From positions 98,349-162,348 of the forward strand of contig NZ_JAHBZJ010000009.1 of assembly GCF_019635455.1 (NCBI RefSeq): a stretch of 64,000 bases of DNA. The letters run 5' to 3'. Shown in pieces: positions 29,146 to 40,710 of this stretch. Numbering within the stretch: the first letter of the stretch is position 1; each line of letters opens with the position of its first letter. The notes under the pieces are model-generated. The model saw only the letters and a list, made by a program, of their open reading frames with translations, made no database searches and was not told where the DNA came from. Origin of the DNA: Sphingomonas sp. (GTDB lineage Bacteria > Pseudomonadota > Alphaproteobacteria > Sphingomonadales > Sphingomonadaceae). The position numbers and the translations under genes are program-made.

Positions 29146-30522
29146 ATGACCGCACGTCGTTTCCTTACCATCGGGGCTTCCGCCCTGGTTCTCGCCATGC
29201 CGATCGTCGGCGGGCCGTCGCTGATCGGTGGCCTCGCCATCGCCGGTGCGAAGGTCGAGACAGTGGACGCCAAAAAGGCGTCCGAAGAGGCCAAGGCGGC
29301 GCAGAAAGCGCTCAAGAAGGGTAATGCCCAGCTCGCCGTGACCCATGCCGAAGCGGCGGTGACGTTCGATCCGACCAATGGCCCCTATCGCCAGCTGCTG
29401 GGCGAAACCTATCTGGCCGCCGGTCGATTCATGTCGGCGGCGCAGGCGCTCAACGAGGCGCTGTCGCTCGATCCCGCGAACGGTCGGATCGCGCTGAACC
29501 TGGCGCTGGCGCAGATCGCCACCGGGGCGTGGGGTGATGCCCGCCAGACTCTGGAAGTCCACGCCGCGACGATCCCCGCGAGCGATCGCGGCCTTGCGCT
29601 CGCGCTGGCCGGTGATCCGGCGGGTGCGGTCGCGATGCTCGCCGATGCCGCGCGCCAGCCGGGTGCGGACGCCAAGACGCGCCAGAATCTGGCGCTGAGC
29701 CTGGCGCTGGCCGGCCAGTGGCCGCAGGCGCGTGCCGTAGCCGCGATCGACCTGTCGCCCGACCAGCTCGACAACCGCATGATGCAATGGGCCAGCTTTT
29801 CGCGGCCGCAGAACGCCTATGACCAGGTTGCGAGCCTGCTCGGCGTGACGCCGGTCGCGGACAATGGCCAGCCCCAGCGGCTGGCGCTCGCCCGTTCGAT
29901 GGCGCCGGCAATGGCGGCACAGGGGGTTCCCGATCCGGTCGACGCCTATATGCCCGGCGCGACGCCGGCGGCGCCCGCCGCGCCGGTTGCCGCCGCAGTC
30001 GAACCCGCGCCGGCCGGCGACGTGGCGATGACGGCGGAAACGCCGGCACCCGCGATCACCTCGCCCAGCGGCGTGCAGATCGTGTTCGCGCCCCGCAAGG
30101 AGATCGTTCAGGCCATTCCCGCCGCCGCGGTGAAGCCGGTCGCCGTCGCAAAGGTCGAAGCCGTCGGTTCGGCGCGACCGCTCCGAGTCGAACCGGTGGC
30201 AGAGAAGGTTGAGGCACGCTCGCCCGCGAAGGGCAGCTGGTTCGTCCAGCTGGGCGCCTATGACAGCAGCGGCGTGGCCAGGGACGCCTGGGGCCGGGCG
30301 GTCAAGGGCGCGCCCGTGCTGAAGGGCCTGACCCCATCGACCATGGTGGCAAGCACGAAGGCCGGGACGTTCCATCGCCTGTCGGTTGGCGGCTTCGCCC
30401 GTGCCGATGCCGACGCGGTATGCGGCAAGGTGCGCGCGGCCGGGGGCAAGTGCTTTGTCCGTACCGGCAAGGGCGACACCACCGCCAGCTGGGCCAAGGG
30501 CGCACAGCGCGCATCGCGCTGA
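29146..30522 (+). CDS. TPR plus C-terminal SPOR domain protein, membrane-anchored or secreted
   Basis: N-terminal hydrophobic segment; TPR-like helices (LLGETYLAAGRFMSA, RQNLALSLALAGQW); SPOR motif WFVQLGAYDS...FHRLSVGGF; Cys pair near the C-terminus. Confidence 0.88.
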   Translation: MTARRFLTIGASALVLAMPIVGGPSLIGGLAIAGAKVETVDAKKASEEAKAAQKALKKGNAQLAVTHAEAAVTFDPTNGPYRQLLGETYLAAGRFMSAAQALNEALSLDPANGRIALNLALAQIATGAWGDARQTLEVHAATIPASDRGLALALAGDPAGAVAMLADAARQPGADAKTRQNLALSLALAGQWPQARAVAAIDLSPDQLDNRMMQWASFSRPQNAYDQVASLLGVTPVADNGQPQRLALARSMAPAMAAQGVPDPVDAYMPGATPAAPAAPVAAAVEPAPAGDVAMTAETPAPAITSPSGVQIVFAPRKEIVQAIPAAAVKPVAVAKVEAVGSARPLRVEPVAEKVEARSPAKGSWFVQLGAYDSSGVARDAWGRAVKGAPVLKGLTPSTMVASTKAGTFHRLSVGGFARADADAVCGKVRAAGGKCFVRTGKGDTTASWAKGAQRASR

Positions 30523-31731
30523 TCAGCGTATCTCGATCCCGCCCTTGAAGAGGCGCAGCGCCCTGCCCTGAACGGGCAGGCGATCGAACGGGGTGTTGCC
30601 GGCCTTGCCCGGCATCGCGTCCGCGTCGATCTGCCAGGGCGCGCCCTCGTCGATCAGGGCGAGATCGGCCGGCATCCCCGGCTCGAGCGTACCCGCCCCG
30701 ATCCCCAACAGCGTCGCCGGCGCGCGCGCGACCAGGTCGAACAGGCGCGGCAGGGCGATATGGCCGTCGCGCACCAGCCCAAGCCCCAGCGCGAGCAGCG
30801 TCGCCGCACCCGCCATGCCGGGCGTCGCATCGGCGAAGGGCAGGCGTTTTTCCTCCGGACCGCGCGGGTCGTGGCCCGAGCACAGGATGTCGATCGTGCC
30901 GTCGGCCAGTGCGGCGAGCGCCGCCCGTCGATCCGCTTCGTCGCGAAGCGGCGGGGAGAGCCGCGCAAAGGTGCGGAAATCACTCACCGCATTGTCCGAA
31001 AGCAACAGATGCGCGGGGGTGATGCCACAGGTCGCGCTCACCCCGCGGGCCTTTGCCGCGCGGATCAGGTCGAACCCGGCGGCGGTCGTGACCTGACGAA
31101 AATGGATCGCCGCGCCGGTCTCTTCGGCCAGGATCAGGTCACGCGCCACCGCCAGCGCTTCGGCGATCGCCGGCGCGGCGGGCAGCCCCAGTCGGGTCGC
31201 CGCCTCACCCTCGGTCGCGACCGCATGGCCGGCCAGCCCGCCATCCTCCGCATGGGAAATGACCGTCAGGCGGCAATCGCGGGCGTAAGCGAGCACCCGC
31301 CGCATGACCCCCGAATCGGCGATCCAGCCGCGCCCGGTCGCGACCGCGCGTGCGCCGGCACCCGCATTGGTTGCATATTCGGCAAGATCGGTGCCGGCGA
31401 GTCCGCGCGTCGCGGCGGCGATCGGGTGGACCCACAGTTCGGGCTTGCCCATGTCGGCGGCGCGCTGGACGATACCGGGACCGTCGAGCACCGGCGCCTG
31501 ATCGGGCATCAGGCCGACACGGGCGATACCACCGGCGCGGCACGCGGCCTTGTCCACCGCGAACACCCCCAGATCGGTGAGGGCGGGGGCGAGGATCCGG
31601 CCGCGACAATCGATCGCCTCCGCACCGTCCGGCGCCTGTGCCACGATCCGGCCATCGACGACATGGAGCGCGCCGGGGCGTTCGCCGGCGAGCGGACACA
31701 CGATCCGCGCATTGGTGAAGCTCAGCCTCAT
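30523..31731 (-). CDS. pyrC: Dihydroorotase-like protein, probably inactive PyrC' (structural ATCase subunit)
   Basis: Amidohydrolase family sequence coupled to pyrB, but the HxH metal motif reads DLGVF and the catalytic-Asp motif (TDHAP) reads SGHDP. Confidence 0.85.
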   Translation of the reverse strand: MRLSFTNARIVCPLAGERPGALHVVDGRIVAQAPDGAEAIDCRGRILAPALTDLGVFAVDKAACRAGGIARVGLMPDQAPVLDGPGIVQRAADMGKPELWVHPIAAATRGLAGTDLAEYATNAGAGARAVATGRGWIADSGVMRRVLAYARDCRLTVISHAEDGGLAGHAVATEGEAATRLGLPAAPAIAEALAVARDLILAEETGAAIHFRQVTTAAGFDLIRAAKARGVSATCGITPAHLLLSDNAVSDFRTFARLSPPLRDEADRRAALAALADGTIDILCSGHDPRGPEEKRLPFADATPGMAGAATLLALGLGLVRDGHIALPRLFDLVARAPATLLGIGAGTLEPGMPADLALIDEGAPWQIDADAMPGKAGNTPFDRLPVQGRALRLFKGGIEIR

Positions 31732-32720
31732 GCCCAGCCCTCCACGCCGCGCGCGCGCCGGGTCAGCACGTCAAGACACGCCATCCGCACCGCAACGCCC
31801 ATTTCGACCTGTTCGGTGATCGCCGAACGGCCCGGCATGTCGGCGACCGACGAATCGATCTCCACACCCCGGTTCATCGGGCCGGGATGCATCACCAGCG
31901 CGTCGGGCCTTGCGCGCTTCAGCCGCGCCTGGGTGAGGCCGTAGTTCAGATGATATTCGCGGGTCGAGGGGATATAGGCGCCGGTCATCCGTTCGTTCTG
32001 AAGCCGTAGCATCATCACCACATCGGCGCCCTCCAGCGCGGCGTCGAAATCGGTGAATGGCGTGACGCCCAGCCGATCGATCGCGGCGGGCATCAGCGTC
32101 GATGGAGCGACCACCCGCACCTCTGCGGCGAGCGCGGTCAGCGCCAGGATGTTCGAGCGGGCGACGCGGCTGTGCAGGATGTCGCCACAGATCACCACGC
32201 GCTGGTGCGCGATCGCACCGCGCCGCCGGCGGATGGTCAGCGCGTCGAGCAGCGCCTGGGTCGGGTGTTCATGGCTGCCATCCCCGGCATTCAGCACCGG
32301 GCAGTCAACCTTGTCCGCGATCAGTTGCACGGCGCCCGAACTCATGTGACGGATCACGATCACGTCGGCGCGCATCGCGTTCAGCGTCATCGCGGTGTCG
32401 ATCAGCGTTTCGCCCTTCTTCACGCTGGACTGGGCGGCGTGCATGTTCACCACGTCGGCGCCGAGCCGCTTGCCGGCAATCTCGAAGCTGAGCAGCGTGC
32501 GGGTGGAATTTTCGAAAAAGGCGTTGATCTGGGTCAGCCCGTCAAGCCGGCGGTCGCTTTTCGCGCGCGACCGGTTCGCCTCGATCCATTGTTCCGCCTC
32601 ATCGAGCAGGAACAGGATTTCATGCGGCTCAAGCCCGGCAATGCCGGTCAGGTGCGCGTGCGGGAACACGGCGCGCCCATGAATCTGGGCGCCGGGGCGG
32701 TGGTCGATCGGCGGTTGCAT
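31728..32720 (-). CDS. pyrB: Aspartate carbamoyltransferase catalytic subunit
   Basis: [49 protein letters not shown]. Confidence 0.98.
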   Translation of the reverse strand: MQPPIDHRPGAQIHGRAVFPHAHLTGIAGLEPHEILFLLDEAEQWIEANRSRAKSDRRLDGLTQINAFFENSTRTLLSFEIAGKRLGADVVNMHAAQSSVKKGETLIDTAMTLNAMRADVIVIRHMSSGAVQLIADKVDCPVLNAGDGSHEHPTQALLDALTIRRRRGAIAHQRVVICGDILHSRVARSNILALTALAAEVRVVAPSTLMPAAIDRLGVTPFTDFDAALEGADVVMMLRLQNERMTGAYIPSTREYHLNYGLTQARLKRARPDALVMHPGPMNRGVEIDSSVADMPGRSAITEQVEMGVAVRMACLDVLTRRARGVEGWA

Positions 32721-32775
32721 TAAAGGCGCCGGTTAGCCTTCCCGGCCGGCGATGGCAACAGCGCGCGAACGCGGT

Positions 32776-33237
32776 TCAGATGCCGGCCAGCCCGTCGATC
32801 GCGCCTTGCAGGATGTAGCTCGCGGCCAGCTTGTCGACGCGCTCCGCCCGCTTTGCGCGCGACAGGTCTTCGGCGATCATCTGGCGTTCGACTGCGGCGG
32901 TGGACCAGCGTTCGTCCCACAGCAGCATCGGCAGGCCAAGATCGTCGAGATTGCGGGCAAAGGCGCGGGTTGATTGGGTGCGCGGGCTGTCGGTGCCGTC
33001 GAGATTGAGCGGAAGGCCGATCACCAGCCCCTTCACCGCCTGTGCCGCGATCATCGCGACCAGCGCGGCCTTGTCGGCGGTGAACTTCGTCCGCTTGATG
33101 AGCAGCGCCGGGCTGGCGAAGGACCAGCCGGCATCGCACAGGGCGGTTCCGATCGTCCTGGTTCCCACGTCGAGGCCCAGCAGGCGTCCACCATCGGGCA
33201 GGGCGGCGCGAAACGCGGCGCGGTCGCCGGTAATCAT
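32776..33237 (-). CDS. yqgF: YqgF/RuvX family nuclease
   Basis: [42 protein letters not shown]. Confidence 0.94.
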   Translation of the reverse strand: MITGDRAAFRAALPDGGRLLGLDVGTRTIGTALCDAGWSFASPALLIKRTKFTADKAALVAMIAAQAVKGLVIGLPLNLDGTDSPRTQSTRAFARNLDDLGLPMLLWDERWSTAAVERQMIAEDLSRAKRAERVDKLAASYILQGAIDGLAGI

Positions 33238-34379
33238 CCCAGCGCCCTCAGGGTGCGCAGCCACCCGCTCTGACGCTTGCGATAGGCCGCCAGCCGGCGC
33301 TCGGCATCGGCGCGGACATTCGCCCAGAACAGCGAATAGTCGAACACATGGTAATTGTTGCCGGGCAGCACATAGGCGCGGCCCAGCCCCTCCGGCGGAT
33401 CGCCGATCATTAGGATGCCGCGCCCTTCACAGCGTGCGCCGACCGCACCGCGTGCCAGCGTGGCGGTCGAGAGATCGGCGGCGGGGACCAGACTGCCCAG
33501 ATTGGCCTCGCGCGGCGCCGAACTGCCCGGCATGCCGGTCAGCGGATTGGTGCAGATCATCGGCGTATCCTTCCGGCTCTGCCCGTTGAAGCCGGTGGTC
33601 GCATCGAATGTGTCGAGGATCAGCGACGGGTCCGCCGGCTCGCCGAACGTCTGCCATGACAGGATACAGCCGGTCGTATCCGCGCTGCCGCATTCGGGCA
33701 GGCCCATCAGCGGCAGATCGGTGGTCCGCGATACCGGCCAGCCGATCACATAGGCGGCGACGATCCGTTTCGCGATCGGTTTCCCCGCGACCCGTTCGCG
33801 AAGCAGCCGCGTCAGGTGGAGCGCGCCCTGGCTGTGGCCGGCAAGGATGATCGGCCGGTCGCCGGCTTCCTTCAGAAACTGGTCGAACGCGGCGACGACG
33901 TCGCGATAGGCGAGGTCGAGCGCCATCTGCGCATCCGCCTCGCTCGTCAGGAACGCGCCGAACGTCGCCTGGCGATAACGCGGCGCCCAGATCGCGCCGG
34001 CGCCGTTGAACGCGCTCGCCTGGCCGCGCAGGAACAGCGCGGCACGGTCGTTCGCCACCCGGTCGTCCAGCGGCGCGTTCCAGTGCGCGCGATCGAGATA
34101 GGAGGTGGGGTGGACGAAGAACACGGCGGCGTCGGGCGCCGGATTGGCGGCGAAGCCGGCCGGGACCCAGCGCGCCGGGTCCGATGCCATTTTGGGGTGC
34201 GCCAGCCACATTTCACGTCGGGCGTAGCTGTCGCGCGGCAATTCGGACTGCGCTTCGAAACGGACGCGCGGGATCATCCCGAGCCGCAGCAGTTCGGCAC
34301 CCCAGATGCGATAGGCGAAGGCTGCGGCAAGGGTGAGCACGATCAACACCACCACGACGTAAAGGAACTTGCGCGCCAA
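33234..34379 (-). CDS. DUF3089 alpha/beta-hydrolase, N-terminally anchored
   Basis: TTG start [14 protein letters not shown]; [15 protein letters not shown], nucleophile elbow AGHSQG, NYHVFDY. Confidence 0.85.
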   Translation of the reverse strand: MARKFLYVVVVLIVLTLAAAFAYRIWGAELLRLGMIPRVRFEAQSELPRDSYARREMWLAHPKMASDPARWVPAGFAANPAPDAAVFFVHPTSYLDRAHWNAPLDDRVANDRAALFLRGQASAFNGAGAIWAPRYRQATFGAFLTSEADAQMALDLAYRDVVAAFDQFLKEAGDRPIILAGHSQGALHLTRLLRERVAGKPIAKRIVAAYVIGWPVSRTTDLPLMGLPECGSADTTGCILSWQTFGEPADPSLILDTFDATTGFNGQSRKDTPMICTNPLTGMPGSSAPREANLGSLVPAADLSTATLARGAVGARCEGRGILMIGDPPEGLGRAYVLPGNNYHVFDYSLFWANVRADAERRLAAYRKRQSGWLRTLRALG

Positions 34380-34506
34380 CAGGCTCTCCCGGTCTTTTCT
34401 TGTGCAGTGCAACATGAACCGCCGCGTGGCAATCGCTTTCCCCTGCGCGATGGTTGCGAAGGATGCAATCACGGAGGATAGGTGACGGAGAGGCAGGGAG
34501 GGCGCA

Positions 34507-36276
34507 ATGACCGGTGAGTCGATCGAAGAGGGCAGCTGGCGCCTGTTCCCGCCGTTGATGGCGGGAATCGGCCTTGCCACCGGCCTGATCGTCCATGGCC
34601 TGGTCGGTGACGGCCTTGCTCCTGATATCGGTGCGTTCCGCCTCGCCGCGCTCAGCTTCGTGACCGTCACCGCGATTCTGTTCGGCTTCGTCGCGATCCG
34701 TGACGATGTGCCGCGTTCGGGCCTGTTTGCGCTGGGTGGCGGGACCGTGGCGGCGCTGATCCTCTATTTCAACGGCCCGACGTCCGGATGGAGCGCGAGC
34801 GAGGGGTGGCGCATGTTCTGCCTCGCGGTTGCGCTGGGTATTGCCGCGCCGCTGTTCCAGTCGGCGCGGACGACCGCTTTTCGCTCGATTCCCTATCCGT
34901 GCGCGCACGATAGCGCCTGGACGAATGTGGTGCTGTGGTGCCTTGGCTGGGTGTTCGTCGCCATCGTAGTGATCCTCAGCTTCCTGCTGTCGGAACTGTT
35001 CAACCTCATCGGCATCCGTTTCCTGCGCAACTGGCTTCAGGAGGGCTGGTTCTGGCGTCCGCTGGTCGGGCTTGCCTTCGGACTGGGGCTCGCGCTGCTG
35101 CGCGAACATTCGCGGATCGTGCGCATGCTCCAGAAGGTGGCGATGCTGGTGCTCGGGGTGCTGGCGCCGGTGCTTGCGCTCGGCCTCGGCCTGTTTCTGC
35201 TCGCGCTCCCTTTTACCGGCCTCCAGCCGCTCTGGGACGCGACGAAATCGACCACGCCGATCCTGCTCGCGTGCCTGATCGGTGCGTTGCTGCTGGTGAA
35301 CGCGGTGATCGGCGACGGCGAGGATGACGGGTCGGGCAACCGGGTGTTGCGCTGGGCGGCGTTTGCGCTGTCGCTGACGATGCTGCCGCTCGCCGCGATC
35401 GCGTCCTACGCGCTGCGGCTGCGGATCGGGCAATATGGCTATACGCCCGAACGGCTGTGGGCGCTCACGTTTGTCGTGCTGGCCTGTGTGGTGGCGACTG
35501 CCTATCTGGTCTGCGTCATTCGCGGGCGGTGGCGCTGGGCGGAGCGGGTGCGGCCGGCGAACCTGATGCTGGCGATGATCGTGTGCGGCGTGACGCTGTT
35601 GCTTGCCACACCGCTGCTGAGCTTCAACGCGATTTCGACCCGCGATCAGGTCGCGCGCCTGCAATCGGGCAAGGTCGCGCCCGACCGGTTCGACTGGGCG
35701 GCGCTCGCCTTTGACTTTGGCGCGCCGGGGCGGGCGGCGTTGCGGCGGCTCAAATCCTCCGCCAACCCGGAGATTCGACGGATCGCTGCCGATATCGAAC
35801 GCAAGCCAAGGCGCTGGGATATCGACGCCGTGACGCCCGATCCGGTCCCGCGTATCGCCGCGCTGGAAAAGAGGCTGCGCGTCCTGCCCCGCGCGGTGAC
35901 GGTTCCCATCGCGCTGAAAGAGGCGTTGATCGATCCCGGCGCATGCGGCGCGGGTGAGGGCGGATGCACGCTTCTGTACGCCGAAGGCGCGCGCCGGGCG
36001 ATCGCGCTGAGGGACGATTGCTTCACCGTGCCGGATCAGGCGTCGCCCTCCGCGCCGGTCGCGATCCGAATCGACCGCGACTGTGGCAGGCCGATCCATC
36101 TGGTCGAGACCGCGGGGCAGTGGAAGCCGCGCGATCCGGGCGATCCGGGACAGCGACCCGACGGTGATCGCGCGGCCATTCGAAGCGGATATCGCGACGG
36201 GAAGGTGGAAATCCGCACCGTACCGCGCCAGCAGGTGTTCGTCGGCGGCGTCCCCGTGGGCGATCCGTTCGAATAA
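34507..36276 (+). CDS. Multi-TM membrane protein, DUF4153-like
   Basis: About 10 TM helices, [12 protein letters not shown] motif, periplasmic C-terminal domain. Confidence 0.75.
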   Translation: MTGESIEEGSWRLFPPLMAGIGLATGLIVHGLVGDGLAPDIGAFRLAALSFVTVTAILFGFVAIRDDVPRSGLFALGGGTVAALILYFNGPTSGWSASEGWRMFCLAVALGIAAPLFQSARTTAFRSIPYPCAHDSAWTNVVLWCLGWVFVAIVVILSFLLSELFNLIGIRFLRNWLQEGWFWRPLVGLAFGLGLALLREHSRIVRMLQKVAMLVLGVLAPVLALGLGLFLLALPFTGLQPLWDATKSTTPILLACLIGALLLVNAVIGDGEDDGSGNRVLRWAAFALSLTMLPLAAIASYALRLRIGQYGYTPERLWALTFVVLACVVATAYLVCVIRGRWRWAERVRPANLMLAMIVCGVTLLLATPLLSFNAISTRDQVARLQSGKVAPDRFDWAALAFDFGAPGRAALRRLKSSANPEIRRIAADIERKPRRWDIDAVTPDPVPRIAALEKRLRVLPRAVTVPIALKEALIDPGACGAGEGGCTLLYAEGARRAIALRDDCFTVPDQASPSAPVAIRIDRDCGRPIHLVETAGQWKPRDPGDPGQRPDGDRAAIRSGYRDGKVEIRTVPRQQVFVGGVPVGDPFE

Positions 36277-36319
36277 GCCCGCTTGCTCCACCGCCTCCCT
36301 CGCTGCTAGGCGCGCGTCC

Positions 36320-36607
36320 ATGTCCGTCACCAAAGACACCGTGAAGAAGGTCGCGTCGCTCGCGCGCATCGCGATCAGCGATGAGGATGCCGAGCGCCTG
36401 ACGCCCGAACTCAACAATATCCTCGGCTGGATCGAGCAGTTGGGCGAGGTCGATACGACCGGCGTCGAGCCGACGACCGCCGTCATCCCCAATATTCAGC
36501 GGCTGCGCGACGATGTGGTGAACGATGGCGACATGCGCGATGCGGTGCTGGCCAACGCGCCGCTCGCCGAACATGGCTTCTTCACCGTGCCGAAGGTGAT
36601 CGAATAA
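36320..36607 (+). CDS. gatC: Asp/Glu-tRNA amidotransferase subunit C
   Basis: [41 protein letters not shown]. Confidence 0.97.
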   Translation: MSVTKDTVKKVASLARIAISDEDAERLTPELNNILGWIEQLGEVDTTGVEPTTAVIPNIQRLRDDVVNDGDMRDAVLANAPLAEHGFFTVPKVIE

Positions 36608-38091
36608 TGGCTGATCTTACCGCCCTTGGCGTCGCCGCGCTGCGCGACGGGATCCGGTCCGGCGAGTTTACCGCCGTCGAGGTCGCCGACGCGTTCGTGA
36701 CCAGGGTCGCGGCGGCGAAGCAGCTCAACGCGTTCATCGTCGAGACGCCGGACCATGCGATCGCGGCGGCGAAGGCCGCCGATGCGGCGCGCGCGGCAGG
36801 CGAGGCGATGAAACCGCTCGCCGGCGTCCCGATCGGCATGAAGGACCTGTTCTGTACCAAGGGCGTGCAGACCACGGCGGCCAGCCACATGCTGGAGGGG
36901 TTTACCCCGGTCTATGAATCGACCGTCTCGCAGAAATTGTGGGACGCGGGCGCGGGCATGCTCGGCAAACTCAATCTCGACCAGTTCGCGATGGGGTCGT
37001 CGAACGAGACGAGTTATTTCGGCAACGTCATCTCGCCCTGGCGGCGCAATGATGGTGGCAACGCGCCGCTGGCCCCGGGCGGATCGTCGGGCGGCAGTTC
37101 GTCGGCAATCGCCGCGCGGCTTTGCCCGGCGGCGACCGGGACCGACACCGGCGGATCGATCCGCCAGCCGGCCGCCTTTACCGGCATCTCCGGCATCAAG
37201 CCGACCTATGGCCGCTGTTCGCGCTGGGGCATCGTCGCCTTTGCCAGTTCGCTGGACCAGGCCGGGCCGATGGCGCGCGACGTGCGCGACTGCGCGATCA
37301 TGCTGGAAGCGATGAGCGGGTTCGACGCCAAGGATTCGACCTCGCTCGACCTGCCGGTTCCCAATTGGGAGGCGGCGCTGTCGTCCGACCTGCGCGGCAA
37401 GCGCATCGGTATCCCGCGCGAATATCGCGTCGATAACATGCCGGCCGAGATCGACGCGCTGTGGCGGCAGGGGATCGACTGGCTGAAGGATGCGGGCGCG
37501 GAGATCGTCGAGGTGTCGCTGCCCCACACCAGATATGCGCTTCCGGCCTATTACATCATCGCGCCGGCCGAGGCGTCGTCCAACCTCGCCCGTTATGACG
37601 GCGTCCGTTACGGCCAGCGTGAGCTGCCCGATGGCGCCAACCTTCAGGAAATGTACGCGGCGACCCGCGCCGCTGGGTTCGGGCCGGAGGTGCAGCGGCG
37701 CATCCTGATCGGCACCTATGTGCTCTCGGCGGGCTTCTACGACGCCTATTACACCCAGGCGCAAAAGGTCCGGACGCTGATCGCCCGCGATTTCGAGAAT
37801 GCGTGGGGCGAATGCGACCTGTTGCTGACGCCGACCGCGCCGTCTGCGGCATTCGCGCTGGGCGAGAAGTCGGCGGATCCGCTGGCGATGTATTTGAACG
37901 ACGTTTTCACCGTGCCGTCGAGCCTCGCGGGCATCCCGGCGATGTCGGTGCCGGGTGGGCTGGATGCGGCGGGCCTGCCGCTGGGGTTGCAGATCATCGG
38001 CAAGCCGCTGGATGAACAGGGTGTACTGAATGCCTCGCTGGCGTTGGAGCAGCGCGCGGGCTTCACCGCGCGACCGGAGCAATGGTGGTGA
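36607..38091 (+). CDS. gatA: Asp/Glu-tRNA amidotransferase subunit A
   Basis: KDLFCT, amidase signature [36 protein letters not shown]. Confidence 0.98.
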   Translation: MADLTALGVAALRDGIRSGEFTAVEVADAFVTRVAAAKQLNAFIVETPDHAIAAAKAADAARAAGEAMKPLAGVPIGMKDLFCTKGVQTTAASHMLEGFTPVYESTVSQKLWDAGAGMLGKLNLDQFAMGSSNETSYFGNVISPWRRNDGGNAPLAPGGSSGGSSSAIAARLCPAATGTDTGGSIRQPAAFTGISGIKPTYGRCSRWGIVAFASSLDQAGPMARDVRDCAIMLEAMSGFDAKDSTSLDLPVPNWEAALSSDLRGKRIGIPREYRVDNMPAEIDALWRQGIDWLKDAGAEIVEVSLPHTRYALPAYYIIAPAEASSNLARYDGVRYGQRELPDGANLQEMYAATRAAGFGPEVQRRILIGTYVLSAGFYDAYYTQAQKVRTLIARDFENAWGECDLLLTPTAPSAAFALGEKSADPLAMYLNDVFTVPSSLAGIPAMSVPGGLDAAGLPLGLQIIGKPLDEQGVLNASLALEQRAGFTARPEQWW

Positions 38092-38246
38092 TAGGCGATT
38101 TCCTGTCTGATCTCATTCAGCAGGAAATTGTGATTGGTGTTCGAGACTGGCTGGACAAGAAGCTCGGCCGGAAACGTAGAATTCACGTGGCATCGGGCGA
38201 GCAGCTTTCAAAGCGAGCCCGTCGCCGCACGAAGGTAAAGAAATGA
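38088..38246 (+). CDS. 52-aa basic micro-protein coupled between gatA and gatB (below the ORF-track cutoff)
   Basis: GTGA overlap with the gatA stop and ATGA overlap with the gatB start; [52 protein letters not shown]; an in-frame ATG at 38082 is an alternative start. Confidence 0.6.
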   Translation: MIGDFLSDLIQQEIVIGVRDWLDKKLGRKRRIHVASGEQLSKRARRRTKVKK

Positions 38247-39703
38247 GCGAATCCGCATACCGCATCAAAGGCGAAACCGGTGAGTGGGAGGTCGTGATCG
38301 GCCTCGAGGTCCACGCGCAGGTCACGTCCAACGCCAAGCTGTTCTCGGGCGCGGCGACCGCGTTCGGGGCCGAGCCGAACACCCAGGTCAGCCTGGTCGA
38401 CGCGGCGATGCCGGGCATGCTTCCGGTCCCGAACCGCGAATGCATCCGCCAGGCGGTGCGCACCGGCATGGCGATCGACGCGCAGATCAACAAATGGTCG
38501 CGGTTCGACCGCAAGAATTATTTCTACGCCGATCTGCCGCAGGGATATCAGATCAGCCAGCTCTATCACCCGCTGGTGGGTGAGGGCGCGGTCGAGATCG
38601 ATGTCGATGGCGAAACCAAGTCGATCGGGGTCGAACGCATCCATGTCGAGCAGGATGCCGGCAAGCTGATGCACGACCAGCATCCGACGCGCTCCTATGT
38701 CGACCTCAACCGGTCGGGCGTCGCGCTGATGGAGATCGTCAGCAAGCCCGACATGCGTTCGCCCGCCGAAGCAGGGGCTTATCTCTCGAAGTTGCGATCG
38801 ATTCTCCGCTATGTCGGCTCGTGTGACGGCAATATGGACCAGGGGTCGATGCGCGCCGACGTCAACGTCAGCGTCCGCAAGCCCGGCGACGCGTTTGGCA
38901 CCCGTACCGAGACCAAGAACGTGAACTCGGTCCGTTTCGTGATGCAGGCGATCGAGCATGAGGCGCTGCGCCAGATCGACGTGATCGAGGGTGGCGGGCG
39001 GATCGTCCAGGAAACCCGCCTGTTCGATCCGGACAAGGGCGAAACGCGGTCGATGCGGTCGAAGGAGGATGCGCATGATTATCGCTACTTCCCCGACCCC
39101 GATCTGCTCCCGCTGGAACTGGACGACGCGTTCCTCGACGAATGCCGCGCCTCGCTGCCGGAGCTGCCCGACGCCAAGCGCGCGCGCTATATCGCCGCCG
39201 GGGTGACGCCCTATAATGCCGGCGTGCTGACCGCGGAGGTCGAGACGGCGCGCTATTTCGACGCGCTGCTGGACGCGGGCGCGAAGGGCGCCGCCGCGTC
39301 GAACTGGGTCACGTCGGAATTGTTCGGCGCGCTCAACCGTCTGGGCAGGGACATTGGCGACAGCCCCGTGTCCCCCGGACAGGCGGCCGAGCTGCTCGCC
39401 CTGGTCGCGGACGGCACGCTGTCGGGCAGCCTTGCCAAACAGGTGTTCGAGATCATGCTCGAAACCGGCGACGGCCCGGCGAAAATCGTCGAGGAACGGG
39501 GCCTCAAGCAGACCAGCGACACCGGCGCGATCGAGGCGGTGATCGCCGACGTGCTGGCGAAAAACCCCGGCCAGCTGGAGCAGTATCGCGGCGGCAAGGA
39601 GCAACTGTTCGGCTTTTTCGTCGGTCAGACGATGAAGGCGATGGGCGGCAAGGCGAACCCGGCGGTCGTCAACGAACTGTTGAAGAAGGCGCTGGCCGGA
39701 TAG
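38243..39703 (+). CDS. gatB: Asp/Glu-tRNA amidotransferase subunit B
   Basis: [53 protein letters not shown]. Confidence 0.98.
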   Translation: MSESAYRIKGETGEWEVVIGLEVHAQVTSNAKLFSGAATAFGAEPNTQVSLVDAAMPGMLPVPNRECIRQAVRTGMAIDAQINKWSRFDRKNYFYADLPQGYQISQLYHPLVGEGAVEIDVDGETKSIGVERIHVEQDAGKLMHDQHPTRSYVDLNRSGVALMEIVSKPDMRSPAEAGAYLSKLRSILRYVGSCDGNMDQGSMRADVNVSVRKPGDAFGTRTETKNVNSVRFVMQAIEHEALRQIDVIEGGGRIVQETRLFDPDKGETRSMRSKEDAHDYRYFPDPDLLPLELDDAFLDECRASLPELPDAKRARYIAAGVTPYNAGVLTAEVETARYFDALLDAGAKGAAASNWVTSELFGALNRLGRDIGDSPVSPGQAAELLALVADGTLSGSLAKQVFEIMLETGDGPAKIVEERGLKQTSDTGAIEAVIADVLAKNPGQLEQYRGGKEQLFGFFVGQTMKAMGGKANPAVVNELLKKALAG

Positions 39704-39733
39704 GCCACGCGCCGGCGGGGGCTGACGACCAGT

Positions 39734-39931
39734 TCACCGTCCGGATTCTGTTGTACCTCTGGTCTCTCCAGCCGGGTCTTTCGCGTCTTCGGGGCCGAGG
39801 GGCGCAACGCCGCCGATCGATTCGTCCAGATGTTGCATGTCAGGGGTATCTCCACTGATCGACCGGTCGATGTCCGCGCGGGCTCGATCTGCGCCCTTGC
39901 GGGGGGCGTTGCCGTCTTTGACGCGCATCAT
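39734..39931 (-). CDS. Small hydrophilic hypothetical protein (65 aa)
   Basis: SD AAGGAG before ATGATG; MMRVKDGNAPRKGADRARADIDRSISGDTPDMQHLDESIGGVAPLGPEDAKDPAGETRGTTESGR. Confidence 0.55.
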   Translation of the reverse strand: MMRVKDGNAPRKGADRARADIDRSISGDTPDMQHLDESIGGVAPLGPEDAKDPAGETRGTTESGR

Positions 39932-40074
39932 GGTTCTCCTTTCCACATCAACGCCCCAGGGGCATGGCGGGTCCGCAAAACCGCTTGTGCGGCGTCGGCG
40001 GCGCGATATGCGTTGGATGAGGGGAAACCGGCGGGCCGATTCGCCCAAAGGGTTTGAAAGTGCGGGGGAAATTC

Positions 40075-40710
40075 ATGAACTATATGGTCTGGACGCGCCG
40101 CGCGTGCGCGGTGCTCGTTATCGCGTCGCTGACGCTGCCCGGCGTCACCGCCGCACAGGATCGAGCGGCTTCCGGTGCGCCCTACCTGCACGACAGCGCG
40201 TCACCGTTCGGCGAGGTCGAGGTGTCGGACGCCGATGCGGCGAAAGTGGAAATGCCGGCGCTCGCCTTTGCCGCCACGCCGGAAGACGAGGCGAGCTACG
40301 ATAAATATTTCTATTTCCGCCGAACGGGCGTGACCTATTCGGATGCATACCGCGATATCGTCGAATGCGACGGCTACGCGCGCGGGCTGGCGAGCGGGAT
40401 CGGCTATGCCCAGACGCCCTATCCCTATGCCGGCACGATGGCGGGGGCGGTCGGCAGCGCGATCGGAACGGCGATGGCGATGGCGATTTTCGGTTCGGCG
40501 GAGAAGCGGCGCCTGCGCCGCGTGAACATGCGCCAGTGCATGAACTTCAAGGGCTATCAGCGCTACGGGCTGAAGAAGAGCCTGTGGGAAGCATTCAATT
40601 TCGAGGAAGGTCTTTCCGACATGCCCGAGTCGCGTCGATTCGACTATCTCAAGCGTCAGGCGCTGGTGGCGTCCGCCGCCGCGCCTCAGGGCAAGGAACT
40701 GGGCCTGTGA
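40075..40710 (+). CDS. Secreted hypothetical protein with a glycine-zipper segment and a Cys pair
   Basis: Signal peptide; ECDGYARG...MAGAVGSAIGTAMAMAIFG...RQCMNFKGY. Confidence 0.72.
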   Translation: MNYMVWTRRACAVLVIASLTLPGVTAAQDRAASGAPYLHDSASPFGEVEVSDADAAKVEMPALAFAATPEDEASYDKYFYFRRTGVTYSDAYRDIVECDGYARGLASGIGYAQTPYPYAGTMAGAVGSAIGTAMAMAIFGSAEKRRLRRVNMRQCMNFKGYQRYGLKKSLWEAFNFEEGLSDMPESRRFDYLKRQALVASAAAPQGKELGL

